From Salpingoeca rosetta (Eukaryota > Protista > Choanoflagellata), in the NCBI GenBank assembly GCA_033442325.1, contig JAWQFM010000003.1, positions 705,825 to 769,824 on the forward strand: a stretch of DNA of 64,000 nt, written 5' to 3'. Below the pieces are notes generated by a model. That model did not search any database, was not told the DNA's origin, and saw only the letters and a list, made by a program, of their open reading frames with translations. The translations under genes and the position numbers were made by a program. Each line of letters opens with the position of its first letter. Within the stretch, counting starts at the first letter, position 1. Below are positions 10,597-25,000 of the stretch, one piece after another.

Positions 10597-11945
10597 GTGT
10601 GTGTGTGTCTGTCTCTGTGCTTCCTGTCTCCCCATACTCTATCCATCTCTTCATGCTTCTCTCCATCTCTTCATGCCTCTCTCCATCCCTACCTGTCCCC
10701 CCCCCCCTTATCTTTCTCTCTGTTCTGTTCTTCTTCGACCTTCTCATTCAACCCCACCTCCGTTTGTTTGTCGATGAGTAGGTCCGCGCGTTTGCCAACC
10801 TCCCTGAAGAGGAGCGCAAGCAGTTTGAGGTACCACCATTCTATCAGCGTGGCTGGGACCACGGTCACGAGCTCATGAAGGTACGTGCATGTGTGTATGC
10901 ATGTGCGCGTGTATGCATGTGTGCGTGTCTGTGTGTGTGTGTGTGTGTGTTGCATGCATATGTGTGTATGTTTGTCTGCCTGTCTGCCTGTCTGTCTGTG
11001 TGTATGCATGTGTGTATAACCTATTGCTGTTGACAGACTTTCGCAGCAAGTGTGACATGCGTGTCTTGTTTTGCCAACCTCATGTGCTCCACCACCACCA
11101 CCCCCCACTTACACACGCGCACACATAACTTGTAGGACGGCCACCCTGATCTGTCGAAAGGCTCGTTCTACTTCAACCCGGGCCAGGATGCGTTTGAGGA
11201 TGTCGATGCGGAGACGGCCAAGAAGTACCCCACCTTCTTCGGCAAGAACGTCTTCCCCAAAACGCAGGTACCCGAGTTTGAGCCCGCAGTCAAGCGCTGC
11301 AGCAAGTTCATGCAAGAGGTGGGCGTCATGCTCGCCAGCCAGTGCGACAAGCTCTTCACACAGCCCAAGACCATCTCAGAGGGCGAGCCAGGCCTGTGCG
11401 AGAGCATTGCCAAGCAGCTCAACCGCCACGCCTGCCGCGGCCTCTACTACTTCCCCACCGCCGAGGGCGACAAGGTGAAGGACGGCTGGTGCGGCTGGCA
11501 CAACGACCACTGCCTGCTCACGGGCCTCATCCCAGGACAGTTTTTCGAGGAGCCTGCAGGCAACGCGTGCGAGAGCCCGGACCCGGACGCCGGCCTGTAC
11601 ATCTGCACGCGCTCTGGCCAGGTGGTCAAGCCCCGCCCGCCCAAGAACGCCATGCTGTTTCAGATTGGCGAGACGGCACAAATCCTCAGCGGCGGTGCGC
11701 TGCGTGCCACCCCACATATGGTGCGTCCCCCGCGCGCCAATGGCGTTGCCCGCACCACCATGCCCATCTTCATGCAGCCCGGCCACGAGCTCGTCCTCGA
11801 CATGCCCGCAAACGCCGACGACGACGCGCTGCTGTGCCCGCACCTGCCAGAGGGTGTGCCCACGCTCGCCAGCCGCTACACCCCAGGCGTCTCCTTTGGT
11901 GACTTCAGCAACACCACCTTTGCCGCGTACTACAACCAAAAGTAA
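10065..11945 (+). CDS. 2-oxoglutarate/Fe(II)-dependent oxygenase (IPNS/DIOX-like), ~363 aa
   Basis: Exons 10065-10152, 10424-10518, 10782-10880 and 11136-11945, all GT-AG and in frame. Iron-binding triad GWHNDH...ATPHMV, with the downstream Arg in ARTTMPIF; N-terminal [17 protein letters not shown] and [12 protein letters not shown] segments. Confidence 0.85.
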
Positions 11946-12677
11946 ACCCACACGTGTGTGACATCACACGCGTCAACGCACGACGCGTGTATACATGCTG
12001 TCGTGACCGCTGATGCTGGTCGTGGTGGCTGTACGTGGTACTCTGTTTTGTGTGTTGGTGGAACGTGCACGTTCGGTTTTCACTGTCAACGCGCACGCCC
12101 CCACAAGTCACCGTTGCGAATCATGCATGACGCGCAGCTTGGAGCAGTGTTGCAGACCGTAATTTCATGAGGTTTTCGGCTCTGTGTGCGCCTGCTCTCC
12201 CCCTTCCCCCTTCCCTCTGCTTTACTTTGCCTTTCGTCAGTGTAGCTCTTTCGGTTTCCTCTGTGATGTGTGCTGTGGCTTGCTTGCTTGCTTGCTTCTT
12301 GCTGTCTGTTGTTACACGTCGACATCAAACTTGCATAAAAGCGCAGCATGCACGCATGTATGTCCTCCAAAGGGATTGGACTGTTTATGTTTGTTACAAT
12401 ACGACTGCACATGAAACCGTAACAGCAATCCTACACTGCAGCGAATGACATGGGGGTAACCAGTGAAGAAATGACGAACAAGGGCATGTAAAGTTTGAAC
12501 ACAACGAGGACACGTTTGCCTGCTGCTGTGTGCGCCCAAGCGCGGCAAACCATGCACGCGCAGGCACATACACACAACCACATGCACACATACACACATG
12601 CACACATGCACACACAATCACACATATACACACACAACCACACACGCGCGCACACAACCACACACACGCACACACTG

Positions 12678-13013
12678 CTACGCTTGCTCCTCTGTCTGGC
12701 TGGCTGTGGAAGAGGCACGGCTGTGCGTGGTGCGCTGCCCGGCAGAGGAGGACGTGGAGAGCGGAGACGGCAGGCGCGGCTTCTCGCTGCTGGAGCTGCC
12801 ACGTGTTGACCTGCTCCTCATGGGCCGGTGGTGCGGTGTCAGGAACTGGGCTTCCGCACCAAGGCCCATGTTCGCGTTGCTGGTGATGTTTGCGGGTGGT
12901 GTCGTTGGCGCCTGTTGCTGTCGGTGTGGCGACACTTGTGGTGACCGTCTTGGTGACTGTTGTGGTGAATGCTGCTGCTGTTGCTGCTGCTGCTGTTGTT
13001 GTTGTTGTTGTTG

Positions 13014-13049
<36 letters not shown>

Positions 13050-13501
13050 TTGTTGTTGCTGTTGCTGCTGCTGCTGCTGCTCAGTCTCGGACATGAACAC
13101 GCTGCCGTCCCCACCGCTGCTTTGTTCGCTTGCATCTGTTGGCAGCACGTTTGTCGGGTTCGCCCCTCCGCGCGGGCGCGTGTGTTGTTTGGCCTTGAGA
13201 CGCGCCAGCTCTTCCTCCAGCTCACGATTGCGTGCATGCAAGGAGGCAATGGTCCTGCGGCTCCCAGCCAGCGCAGACTCTGCTGCCTGTGCGCGCTGGC
13301 GAAGCGTGATCACTTCCCGCTGGGCAATGCTGGCCATCTGCTGCGCCTGTCGTAGTCGTGTTCGAAGCTCTGTCATGTGCGGGTCTTCCTTCTTCCGCCC
13401 ATCGCTCTGCGGGTGCAGATGAGAGTTGGAACAATTGCATGTGAGACGCGCAGCGCAGGGGACAACACGCAGTCATGGTGCAAGCAATTGAACAGAGAGA
13501 G

Positions 13502-13556
<55 letters not shown>

Positions 13557-13862
13557 ACACACACACACACACACAACCACAACTGCATTTCACACACCAT
13601 AACTACATTTCACGTGACACACGAGTCTCAGATGTCGCGCTGTGTGTCATTAGATGCACTGTGGGCGGCAACTCACGAATTCCTCGAAGATGCTGAGGAG
13701 CTCCGGGTTGGTGCAGCCGTCAGCGGGTATGAGGCCTTCCTAGCTCAAAGTGGATCGGCAGCGCAATATTTGTACGGATTGAGAGGAAGTACAACAACAA
13801 CGGACTGGTACACGAAGCACAAGCATAAACAATGTGGAGGAGTGCAGGGAGGCAACCGTGCG

Positions 13863-13908
<46 letters not shown>

Positions 13909-13927
13909 ACACACACACACACAGACA

Positions 13928-13997
<70 letters not shown>

Positions 13998-14570
13998 GCA
14001 CGCACACACACACACACACACGCACGCACACACGCGCGCGTGCTGTGGCTGGACTGACCTCATCCCTCATGTTTGGGTCGGCGCCGCCTTTGAGCAGAGC
14101 ACGAACCGCTGCACTGTGCCCATTGCGGGCAGCGAGATGCAAAGGCGTGTCACCCATCTACGGGCAAGGGTTGAACGCAACAAAACGACGCGTCAAGACA
14201 AATGGCAGAGCGTGTGCATGCGGTTGAGCACGCATGTGAACGCATGATGGTGGTGGCTTACAAGCGCTGGCAGTGCCGAAGCAGAGCTGCATGCACATCC
14301 TCCTCAACCTCGCACAGCCTCACTCGCACATGCGCTCGCACAACCCCATAGGTACAACCTCCCTCACTCGCGCACCTCGTTCTGAACGTTCGGGTTTGCG
14401 TTGTGGTCAATGAGTCGTGCTATGATATCTGCGTGTCCTTCTTGGGATGCCAGGTGCAGAGGCGTGTATCCATCGCCCTCCTGTAACGGGGTGGGATGAG
14501 CAAGTTGAGGTTCAAGGAGTGAGTTGACATGAACGGATGAGTGAAACGAGCTCTCAATGCCATCATCATA

Positions 14571-14643
<73 letters not shown>

Positions 14644-15145
14644 AGGCTGCTGACCTCGTTTTGACGATTGACAGCGGCACCACAGTGTAGAAGGTGATCC
14701 AAGATGCTTGTGGAGCCCACGTACGCTGCTAGGTGCAGCGGCGTGTAACCAATCTGCGTGCACACAAACACGAGAATAGACGGTGATGTGAGCAGATGAG
14801 GCAACACTGTCGGCTGCTTTGATACGACTTCAAACTCGCGGGCGTCGTACAGCCGTGCATCACACACACACACACACATGCACACACACACACTCACTCA
14901 CTCACTCACTATCACTCACTCACTCACTCACTCACTCACTCACTCACTCACTAACACTCACTCACTAACACTCACGAACACTCACTAACACTCACTCACT
15001 AACACTCACGAACACCCACACACGGGCAGCGCACCTCGTCCTCTGCATCAACGGAGGCGCCACGCTGTGTCAGGACCTGCGCCACAGTCAGCATGTTCTT
15101 GATGGCCGCCTTGTGCAGAGGCGTCGTCTCCCTCCTCCCACTCAT
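12678..15145 (-). CDS. Ankyrin-repeat protein (4 ANK) with coiled coil and polyQ/Ser-rich tail, ~401 aa
   Basis: Exons 15145-15035, 14753-14655, 14480-14376, 14157-14059, 13739-13677 and 13406-12678, all phase 0. Repeats TPLHKAA, GYTPLHLAA, GYTPLHLAS and GDTPLHLAA, then the heptad-like segment LRTRLRQAQQ...ELEEELARLK and about 36 Gln. Confidence 0.8.
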
Positions 15146-15500
15146 CTTCGTTGGTGGTCAGTTGTCTGCAGGTTTGTGCTGATTGATGGAAGTGGTTGGT
15201 TGCTTGCTTGGGTTGATTGTTGTTTTGATCGAGTTCCATTTGTGCTGAACGACGCGTCAAAGGTGGGTACACGCTCTTCGTCCTCACTCACTCACTCGCT
15301 CATTCGCCCTGTTCTCCGCACACACTCGCTCGCTCGCTCTCTCACAATAACAACAGTAAAAGTCAATCAAAAGCAAAGCAAAGCCACAAGAAGAAGAACA
15401 AGAACACCAACAAGAGGAGGAAAGTACACAAGACACACACACACACTCAAAGCACAAGATAGACACTACACACAAGAGACACACACGCCACAATGCGCGA

Positions 15501-16022
15501 CTATGAATCAAGCTGGCAGAGCAGAGCAGCGCCCTTGGCAATCCAGTAGTCCTGTGGCTGTGTGGAGGGAAGATGCACGGCCACAACAAAGTTGGTGGAG
15601 TGGCCCGTCGTTGACAACACGCCGGCACGCACAGATGTTTTGTACAGGGGCGCAATGTAGTCCTTGGGCGGCGGAGTAAAGTTGGCAGTGGGCAGCATGT
15701 GCATCACGGGTAACGGCGCCTGCATCTGCCCAGGCAGCGAATCGCTCACAACCGCAGCGTCATCGTCCCAACGGAACGCTGTTCCGTTCAAGCACATGCG
15801 GACGCGCAACATAAGCAAATGCAACAAGTAAGCAGGACGAACGTGAGAAGGCACCAGGCGTTAAGACAGTCACGCAGTCACAAGCACGAGCAAGCACAAA
15901 CGAGAGAAAAAGTCGCAACCAGACGCAGGTGGAAACGCATCAATACAGAGAACACGCAGATTCCCATACACATCAAACAACGAGATCCAATACGCAGCAG
16001 CGACAAGCACAGCACAATACAA

Positions 16023-16057
<35 letters not shown>

Positions 16058-19000
16058 ACATCACGCAGCGAACGGAGAAACACACACACACACACACACA
16101 CAAACACGGACATACAAACACGCACACACACGCACACGCACATACAAACACACACACACTCACGCACACGCACACGCACACGCACACGCACACACACACA
16201 CAGGCAACGAGTACGCGCGCGCACATGGGTTACGCACCATCCATAAAAATGCCGTGAACAAGCACGCCGTCGTCAAAATGGGGCAGCTCTGGCGTGTGGT
16301 CCTTGGCTCCTTCCTCAATGTACACGTGAGGTAATACCTCAAACTGGAAACTCAACGTGTCAATCGGCAAGTTGTACTTGCGCGCGTGCGTCTGCAACGT
16401 GCCGGTCAGGAAACCCTGCAATACGACCACAACACGAGAGCACGAATCAATATGTATTGGGGAGTCGTGTGAGTTGCTGTACATTCTGCGCATCGAGGTC
16501 ACACGGCAGGTCCATGCGAGAACAAACCCCACAACAATGCCACGAAACACACCAGCACATCCAAACTGTACACATACAAACACACACAAACACAAGCTCG
16601 CGCGCACACATACAACACAAACACACACGCATACACGCATACAACACAAACACACACACATACACACATACAACACAAACACAAATACACACACATACAA
16701 CACAAACACAAACACATACACACAAACACAAACACAAACACAAGCTCGCACGCACACACACACACGCATACAAACACACCTGTGGAAAGAAGAAGCCGGA
16801 GAGCCAGAAGGACTTGGGCTTGCCGTGCTTGAGCCAGTGCTCAACAAACTCCAGGCGCAGCACCAAATCCTTCACCCAAGACGCGAGCGGCTTCAAGGAT
16901 GGATATGCCGCCGTCGCCCACATCTCGGGCACCTGGTTGTTGAGGAAGCTCGTGTACACGCGCTCCAGCTCCGCGCTCATCACCACCAGACCCTTGATCG
17001 CCTTCTTGATGTTGCTGAGCGAGTCCCACAGCACCACAAGCAGCTTGTTGAACCGGTCCACCTCCTGCCGCAGCACCGTGCTCAGCGACTGCACGCGCCC
17101 TTGCTCGTCAAGGTCAAACGTGCCCGGCTTCGCCTCGTCAATGTCCAGCAGCGCCTTGGGCAGCTTCTCCTCAATCGAGCCCGCCAGCTCAAACACAATC
17201 TCATCGGGCGTCTTGCCGCTCGCCCCTCCGCTCATGCGCGGCTGCACATCGAGGATCGTGCGCACAAGCATGTTCGTTTCCTCCAGCTGGAACGCAATGT
17301 TTGCGTTGTCGTGCATGCCAAACACCTCCGGGTCGTCCGAGAAGGGAAGGCTGTCCACGTACTCCTGCATCTGCTCAATCGTCTCCACCGCAGGCGCGTA
17401 GTACGTGCCAGAGGGCGAGTACTTGTAGTCCGCGTCCAGGGCCTCCTTCACCAGGTACCTGCGGAGAATCGTCGACAGGCACCGCTCGTCCCACCGGTCC
17501 GTCACGCGCCCACCGTACGTGATCTCGCTCGTGATGAAGAACAGCGCGCTCCACGGCACGTGCCCGTCCTCCAGGAAGATGCGCAGGTTCTCCAGCGCGC
17601 ACTCGCGGTCCGACGAGCTAAACTCGTAGGGGATGTTCCATCCGAGCGCACGGAACTTCTTGCGCTCCTGGATCACGGCGTGGAAGAAGCACAGCCCGAA
17701 GATGAGCTTGCGCCACGTCGTGCCCAGCTTGTGCTTCTCGAAGAAGCTGGGCTCGATGGACGCAAACGCGCCCCGCAGGTTGGCCTTGAGGCCCTTGGGC
17801 GGCTCGTTGGTCACCTTCACGCTGTTCTGCAGCACGCTCACGGGGAAGAACGAGCACGGCGCGGAGCTGAGGAACAGGCGGAAATCGTCGTGCACCGCAG
17901 CCTTGGGGTCCGCCAGCCCCTTGATCACCTGCTCCATCCGCGTCATCCACGACTTGGCCAAGTGGCAGTTCTGCAGGAACACCCAGTCGCCGTTGCGCGT
18001 CGCCTTCTCAATCAGCTTCTCCGCCACGGGGCCCTGGCCCTGCCCGAGAGAGATGGAGTGCACGCGATCGCTGTACGACTTCTCCTGCGCAAAGCGGAGG
18101 AACCCGGACATGGGATCCGAGCCCACCGACAGCACGAAAATGAGCGGCACCGTGGACAGCATGTCGTTGTACAGCGCCTGCATGCTCACGGGCGGCGACT
18201 CCACAAACCGCCGCCCAAGCGACAGGCTCACAAACGCCGCCACGCCCTCCACGGCGCGGTGCGGCACCAGCGCGCGAATCACCATGAGCTTCTGGAACGG
18301 CGTCAGCGCCTCCGCCCACGCCTTGGACGGCTCCCCGCCCTGCTTCAACGTGTCCCCGGCGTGCAGATTGAGCGTCACGGTGACGCTGCCCAGCTCAATC
18401 GGCATGGGGACCGTGACCAGGTCCTGGCCCAGGCCCGCAAACACGTCCGGGAACGCCGTTTCGAGGTCGCAGCACTCGTGCCACACGTGCTCCTGCAGCC
18501 ACGCCGCCGCGTGCTCGGGAATCGGCGGGTACTCCCGCTCCGCAGCGCCAGACCCGCGCAGGAAGTGGTTCCACTCGGGCGTGGTCACGGTGCCGTCCAC
18601 GCGCAGAATCTCAATGCACATCATGAAGCTGAACATAAGCTTGTGGCGCTCAAACAGGCCGCGCGACACGTTGGCAAACACGTTCTCCGTCGAGTAGGAG
18701 ATGATGTTCCGCAGGCGCGTGTCCAGGTCCGATGCCTTCTCGCTCGCCTCAATGCACTGCACGAACAGCTGCTTGAAGTACTCCAGCGAGTACTGGTACA
18801 TGGGGTCGATGTTGCTCATGTCCGCAATGACAAAGAACAGGACGGAGCCGCGCACGGCCGCCGGGCGGTACTTGTCGCGCGCCTCCGTGATGGACGCCTC
18901 CGTGGTCTCTGCGCGCTTCAGGCGCTCGCCAATGGCCGTGGACGTCGTCTTGGAGTCGTTGAGCGTGTTGATGAGCCGCTCGTCATCAAGGATGTTGCCC

Positions 19001-22000
19001 TCCGAGTTGAACAACAGCTTCAGGATCTCGTCCTCGATGCTCTTCAGCTGTGCGCGGTCCTCGTTGATCTGCAGAATCAGCTTTGTCCGCTCCTCCTCCA
19101 GGTCGGGTCGCTCGAGGCGCACCACGTCCGCAAGCAGCTGGTCCTCCAAGCCCGTCTTGGTCACCGTGAAGTTGATGATGGTCACCTTGATGCAAATCTC
19201 GGGCAGGTAGTGCGGGTTGGCCATCTTCGTCGTCATGTAGAAGCGGAAGTTCTTGTCGTAGTCAATGTCGCTGTCACCGAGGCGGATCAGCGTGCGCCCG
19301 CCCTGCTTGAACGTCTGCTTCAGCAGGATGGGCTCCAGCGAGGGGTCCAGCGTCTCCTCAACCTCCTCCAGCAGCACGGGCTGCCCAATGCGGATGGCGT
19401 TCTCCAGCGTGCGCAGGAAGTTGGGGTCTGTCAGCTTGATCACGTGCAGGCCGTTTCGCGCCTCCATCTGCCGAATCCACTTGTTCGCCTGGTCCTGCGG
19501 GTCGATCATCAGCGGCCAGCGCCGCCCACACGTCACCAGCACCGCGTTCTCCGTGGACAGCTGGTCGCGCGGCAGGCCGCTGGCGTTCCACTGCCGAATC
19601 TGGAACGGGCTCGACAGCACGTCCGCCACGCCCATGCCCTCCGTCACGGGGATCTCCAGCTCCTTGCACTTGGCCACCCAGCCCGAGACCAGGTCGGCGC
19701 GGTAGGAGCTGGTGAAGGCGCCAAAGTACGCCACGCACGCGGCCGCCAGGAACACGTTGCCCACGACGTCGTGCACTTGCTGGTCATACTCCTTGACCGT
19801 TTCCGCCCAGCGCACCTGCTCGTCTGCCAGCGCCGTCTGCAGCTTTCCTGCACGCGACAAACGCGCCGCCGTCCTCTCCATGTTGCGCTCCAGCTCCTCC
19901 TTGGCCGCAACGCTCTGCTTGTACTGCTTCTGCAGCGCCTTGATCTTGCCCTCAACCTCCGCCAGCCGGTCCTGCTTGGTCTTCAGCTCGGCCATGGTCT
20001 TGTTCAGCGCCGCTTGCGCCGCCTTGAGCTTCTCGCGCTTGGGCTCCACCGTGCGGAACACGTGCGCGTACTTGTCCATGGCCCGCACCCACATGCAGAT
20101 GGACCGGCATGCCTTGGACACCTTCTCCACCTTCTCCGGCACAAAGTCTGGGTTGTCGATGTAGGGCTTGATCTTCTTCAGCGTGCGGTCAGGGATGTTG
20201 TCCTTGTCGTACTGCATCATCTGCTTCAGAAAGTCCGCCTCGCCCAGCAGCGACTTGGCCGTCTTCCAGTCCGTCTTGCGCCCAAACAGCAGGCACACGG
20301 CCTCCATCACCGTCTGCACCAGCGCTGGCGGCGACGCAAAGGCCTTGAGCTCCTGCACGTCCTCCTTTCGCAGCGACTTGAGCGCGTCCGTGGCCGCCTG
20401 CAGCGCCGGCAGGGCCTCGTCCAGATCGCGCTGCGCGTCCATCTTGATGGCCTCCGTCTCGTTGGCCTCCTTCTGCGCCACAGCCTCCTCGGCCTTGACC
20501 ACCTTGCGCACCTCGTCGGCCTTGGCCTTGTCCACCTTGATGCGCTCCATGAGCTGCATCGTGTCCTCGCTCTGCTGCTTCAGCACTGGCTCCAGTGCCG
20601 TGAGCTCCTCCTCCATGGTGGCCACCAGGTCGTTTGTCTCCTCGAGCTTGTTCAAACCCGTCTGGAAGCGGTCCCGCTGCAGCATGATGTCACGCTTCTT
20701 CTCGTCAAGCATGCCCGTGTACAGGTTGATGAGCTCCAGGTAGCTCGTCGGCGTCGTGTAGTACTTGCGCCGCAGCTCCTCGTAGAAGCGGTCGGCCGTC
20801 TCGCTGACGCTCGTGTGGATCTCCACGCACATCTGCGCAATCTTGCCCTTGAGGCTCTCGTCGCCCAGGTCCACAAACTCGAAGAAGCGCTGCGCAACGC
20901 CGAGCAGGGCCTCGCGCGGCCACTCTGTGAACCAGTCGATGGTGCAGCAGTTGACAATCGAGGGGAACATGCGGCAGCGGGAGCGGAATGCGTCGCCCAC
21001 GGGGCTCATGCACAGCACAATGTGCAGGTTGTCGCGCACGCGGTTGATGAAGTACTGAAACACGGCGTCACGCGACTCGGAGATGCCGGCCTGTCGCGCA
21101 AGCGGGCGCACGGGCTGCAGGAACTGCTCAATCTCGTCGTTCTCAATTAAATTGGGCACCTCGCCCGAGTTGAGCATGTTGTTGATGTCCTCGAGAAACT
21201 CCTCAACCACAATCTGCGTGTCTGTGAAGAGGAAGACGGTCTGCTCGCCCTTGGAGCCGGCGAGTTCGTACAGCTTCTTCAGGTCCTCGCGGAACTCTGA
21301 GTAACCGTAGCCGCGCGTGATCTCAATTTGGAAGCACTTGAAGCCCGCCATGTGGCACGCCATGCGGGTGAGCGACTGCTTGCCGGTGCCGCCAACGCCA
21401 ACAAGCAGGGCGTTGCCGCGTGGCTGGCGAATCATGCGCGCAATGCGAGCAACGTGCGCAATGGCGTCCTGGAAGAACACCAGCTTCATCTCCTTCTGCG
21501 AGCTCAGGTTGTAGTCGTCCAAGTAATCCTCCAACACCTTGGGGAGCTGTCAACAAGGATTCAACATGTGTTTTGTGTGTGCGTGTGTGCGTGTGTGTTT
21601 GTGTTTGTGTGTTTGTGTGTTTGTGTGTTTGTGTGTGTGCGCGTTGTGGCGTGTGTGTGTGTGTGTGTGTGCGCGCGCGCGCGTTGTGGCGTGTATGAGA
21701 ACATGACACATGAACAAACGGTGAAGCGAAGCCGCATCTGAGAACATGCCGTGTTGTGTTGTGCACGCAGACACTGGGGGGAATAAAACAAGGCTGCGAG
21801 CAAATGCGCACCTTTGCTTGGTCGAGCGGTTCGTAAAGACGATCCTCGGCCGGCGCACCCATCTTCATAAAGTCTCCAAAGAGAACAGGCTTGGTGGCAA
21901 GCTGCTCCGCCTCCACATTCTGCATGCGTGGGCACAATTGGGTTGTACGAGTGGGTCAGTGCGTGAGGTTGACAACGGCAGGGGGAGCGGGGGTTGAGCA

Positions 22001-25000
22001 TGCAAGCGTGACAAAGATCCGGGGCACAAGCCTGCACAGTAGGGTCTACGCGTGAGTGCACATTGATTCACCTTGTTGAAGTGCTTGTACGCCATCTCGG
22101 CCAGGATTTCGTTGAAAAAGCCCTTGTCCTCGGCGTTGATGAGACGGTCGTGGAACACGCGCGAGCACTCGTGGCAGAAGAGATCAAACACGTGGTCTGG
22201 CGTGCGAACCACCGAGGAATCCACCTAGAAGATAAAAAAACATCATGAAATGCAATTGCGATGGGATGGAACAACAATCCATGAGCAACTGTTAGCCGCC
22301 GTCTCACCAGACACACAACATGATATCGACACAAACACGGTATCAACTACCAACACATCCTATTCAACTACCAACACCCATGCAGTCACAAGTGAGCTCC
22401 CGCCCCGCCCCCAACACACACACACACACACGCACGCACACACGCACGCACACACGCACACACGCACGCACGCACACACGCACGCACACACGCACGCACA
22501 CACGCACACGCACACACACACACCTGAAGGATGCCCTGGATGCACTTGGAGAGATCACGAAGGTTGAAGACGTAATGCGACTTGGCTGGTGTGGGCAACA
22601 AATCCGTACTCATGCGCTCGTAGATGCCGACAGCGGCGTTGACCACAGCCGACGCGGTGCCAATCACTTCCTTCTGGAAGTCGCACACGGTGAAGAACCC
22701 GCGCGTGATCTGCTCGAAGATGCCCTTGAGCGTGTCCTCGTCTGGGGAGGGCAAGCACATCATGGCAAAGTGGCGCAGCAGGCGCGGCGTGGTCGGGTTG
22801 CGGCCACCACCGGGCGGTGCGCACGCGGCAATCAGCGTCAGGTCCACAATGCCGGTCCACGTGAGCTTGGCGCGGTCGTAGAAGCCGTCGTAGTCCTGCA
22901 GCTGTCGCAGCAGCTCGATTGGCGGCTGCGCACCGTACGTCTCCAGCTTGGGCATGTTCAAGTCGTCCACAAACAGCAGCATGTGCTTGCCCATGGGCGG
23001 CCCAAGCCTGTTCTTGGGCTTCTTCTCCAGCTTGCTCTCGATAATCTCCTGCGTGCGCTGCGAGCTGGTCTGCGCAGAGAAGTTCATGGTCAGCGGCAGC
23101 ACGGAGCCTGCAGCCTCGGCCGTGTCCAGGTACTCCTTCGCAATCACGCTCTTGCCAACGCCAGTGGTGCCCGTGAAGAGCACAGAGTGGCGCATGCGTG
23201 AGAAGCGCTCCAGCAGGTGCTTGAACTTGACTGTGGACGACGTGGGCACGAGCATGTCGAAGAACGGCACGCCCTCCTTGTAGGCGAATTTGGGCACAAT
23301 GTCCGCCCAGCGCAGCAGCGCGGGGGTGTTGGCCTCCAAGGCAACGTAGTAGTCGAAGACGGTGCCCTGGCCCGGGATGCGGATGTCGTGGCGGTCGCTA
23401 AACGAGTCGCGAACAAGCGCGTCAAAGCCCAGGTGGTCCTGGTCAACCAGGTTCCCGCCGACGGACCAGATGAAGGCAAACAGAAAGTAGTTGGAGAGGA
23501 TGGCGTTGAGGTGCTCGTCTTGCTCCTGGGCAGACCAGTCGACGCGTGGGGCGCCTTGGGCGTCCTTCTCGCGCAGCAGATCCTCCAGCAGCACACACAG
23601 CGCGCTTGCCTTGGCCATGTCCACCTGGGCAATGCCCTCGCGCAAGGTCTTGTGGACCTGGTGCAAGACAGAGTCCACGTGCTCGGCAAAGAGGTCGTTC
23701 AGGTGCTCCTTCTGCGGCTCCTGCAGGATGTCGAGGTTGTGCATCCAGCGGTTGACGTAGGGCCGCCAGCCAAGCTCCTGCGGGTCAACGTACACCATGC
23801 CGCAGCGGGACACGGTGGCTGGGGAGGCCACGGCAAGGTCCGCAACCTCAAACAGCATGTGCATGCTGGACGAGAGCTTGATGCGCTCCGAGTTTGCCAA
23901 GCACAGCATCTTGTTGTCGTCGAGCACGGTGTTCATGTTCTCGATCCACAGCGCATCGACGGGGCCGTCGCAGACGATCCATTTGTGGTCGTCGTTGGTC
24001 TGCGCCACGCACTGGCGCACGAGGGTGGCCATGAGGCCATCGCGCCACTCGCCGGTGGTGCCGTCAACCTGGCCGTACAGCTCGCCCATGCTCACCGCCT
24101 TTGGGTTGAGGATGTACTGGTGCACGGGTCGGTACTCAAAGTGCTCCACCCCCTTGTCGTGCAGGCGCGTGAGCGTGTCTGCCAAGACGGCAAGGACGGT
24201 GGACTTGCCGCCGCCGGTTGGGCCAACAAGCATGACGCCGTGGCGCACCACCATCGTCTCGTACAGCTGAATCACCTTGGTCACCTGCGGGTTCTCCACC
24301 TCCAGCTCGCGCTCCTCAATGCACTCCACAATTGTCTCGCGCAGGGAGCCGTAGTCGTGCTCGGGCAGCTCCACCCCGGGGAAGAGGTCTGACAGGATGG
24401 CCGTGAACAGCGCAACGTCCTCCGCAAGGAACTTGGGCAGGTTGCTGTCGCGCAGGGCGGTGAGCAGCACGGTGGCCTCGCTCTGGCCAACACGCGAGCG
24501 CTTGAGCGAGCCCGCCATTACCAGCACAGACTTGACGGCACGCATGCCGAAATCATAGTGGTCCTGCTGAGAAAGCTGCTCGCTGCACAGCTTGTACATC
24601 TGCGTCATCTTGCGAGCCAGGTTGCGCGGGCTCTCAAAGCCCTCGGAGAAGAGAATCACCTCCGCAATCAGCGCGTAGTCTGGCACCATCATGGCAAAGG
24701 GGCGGAAGAGCGCTTTGAGGTTGTCTGGCAGCTCCGTGCGGCCGGCATAGCCGGGGTTCATGGTGATGAAGGCGGCGCACTTGGGGATGAGGCGAATCTC
24801 GCGGCCCTCAAACATGAAACGCTTGGCGCCGCGCGTCTTGGCGTTCTTGATGGTGAGAATCTGCTGCGCAATCACAGAGAGCACCTCAATGTCGATGCGG
24901 TTGAACTCGTCAAAGCAGCACCACGCGCCGCTCTGCGCCAGACCCGAGAAGAACTTGCCCATCATGCGGTAGTCCAGGCCTTCGCTGCAATTGAACACAA

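Noticed and set aside
13720-14250. Many ORFs rich in HTHT/CVCV or poly-Cys (also 12598-13422, 31639-32734, 33234-33643, 59252-60098)
   Set aside because: Translations of (CA)/(TG) microsatellites or the reverse of CAG/CAA polyQ codons; not metal-binding proteins.
16357-21150. 1597-aa plus-strand ORF opposite the dynein (similarly 27856-29496 and 23217-24392)
   Set aside because: Antisense shadow: strong GC3 bias in the real gene removes stops from the mirror frame, and the product is L/V/R/H-rich with no motifs.
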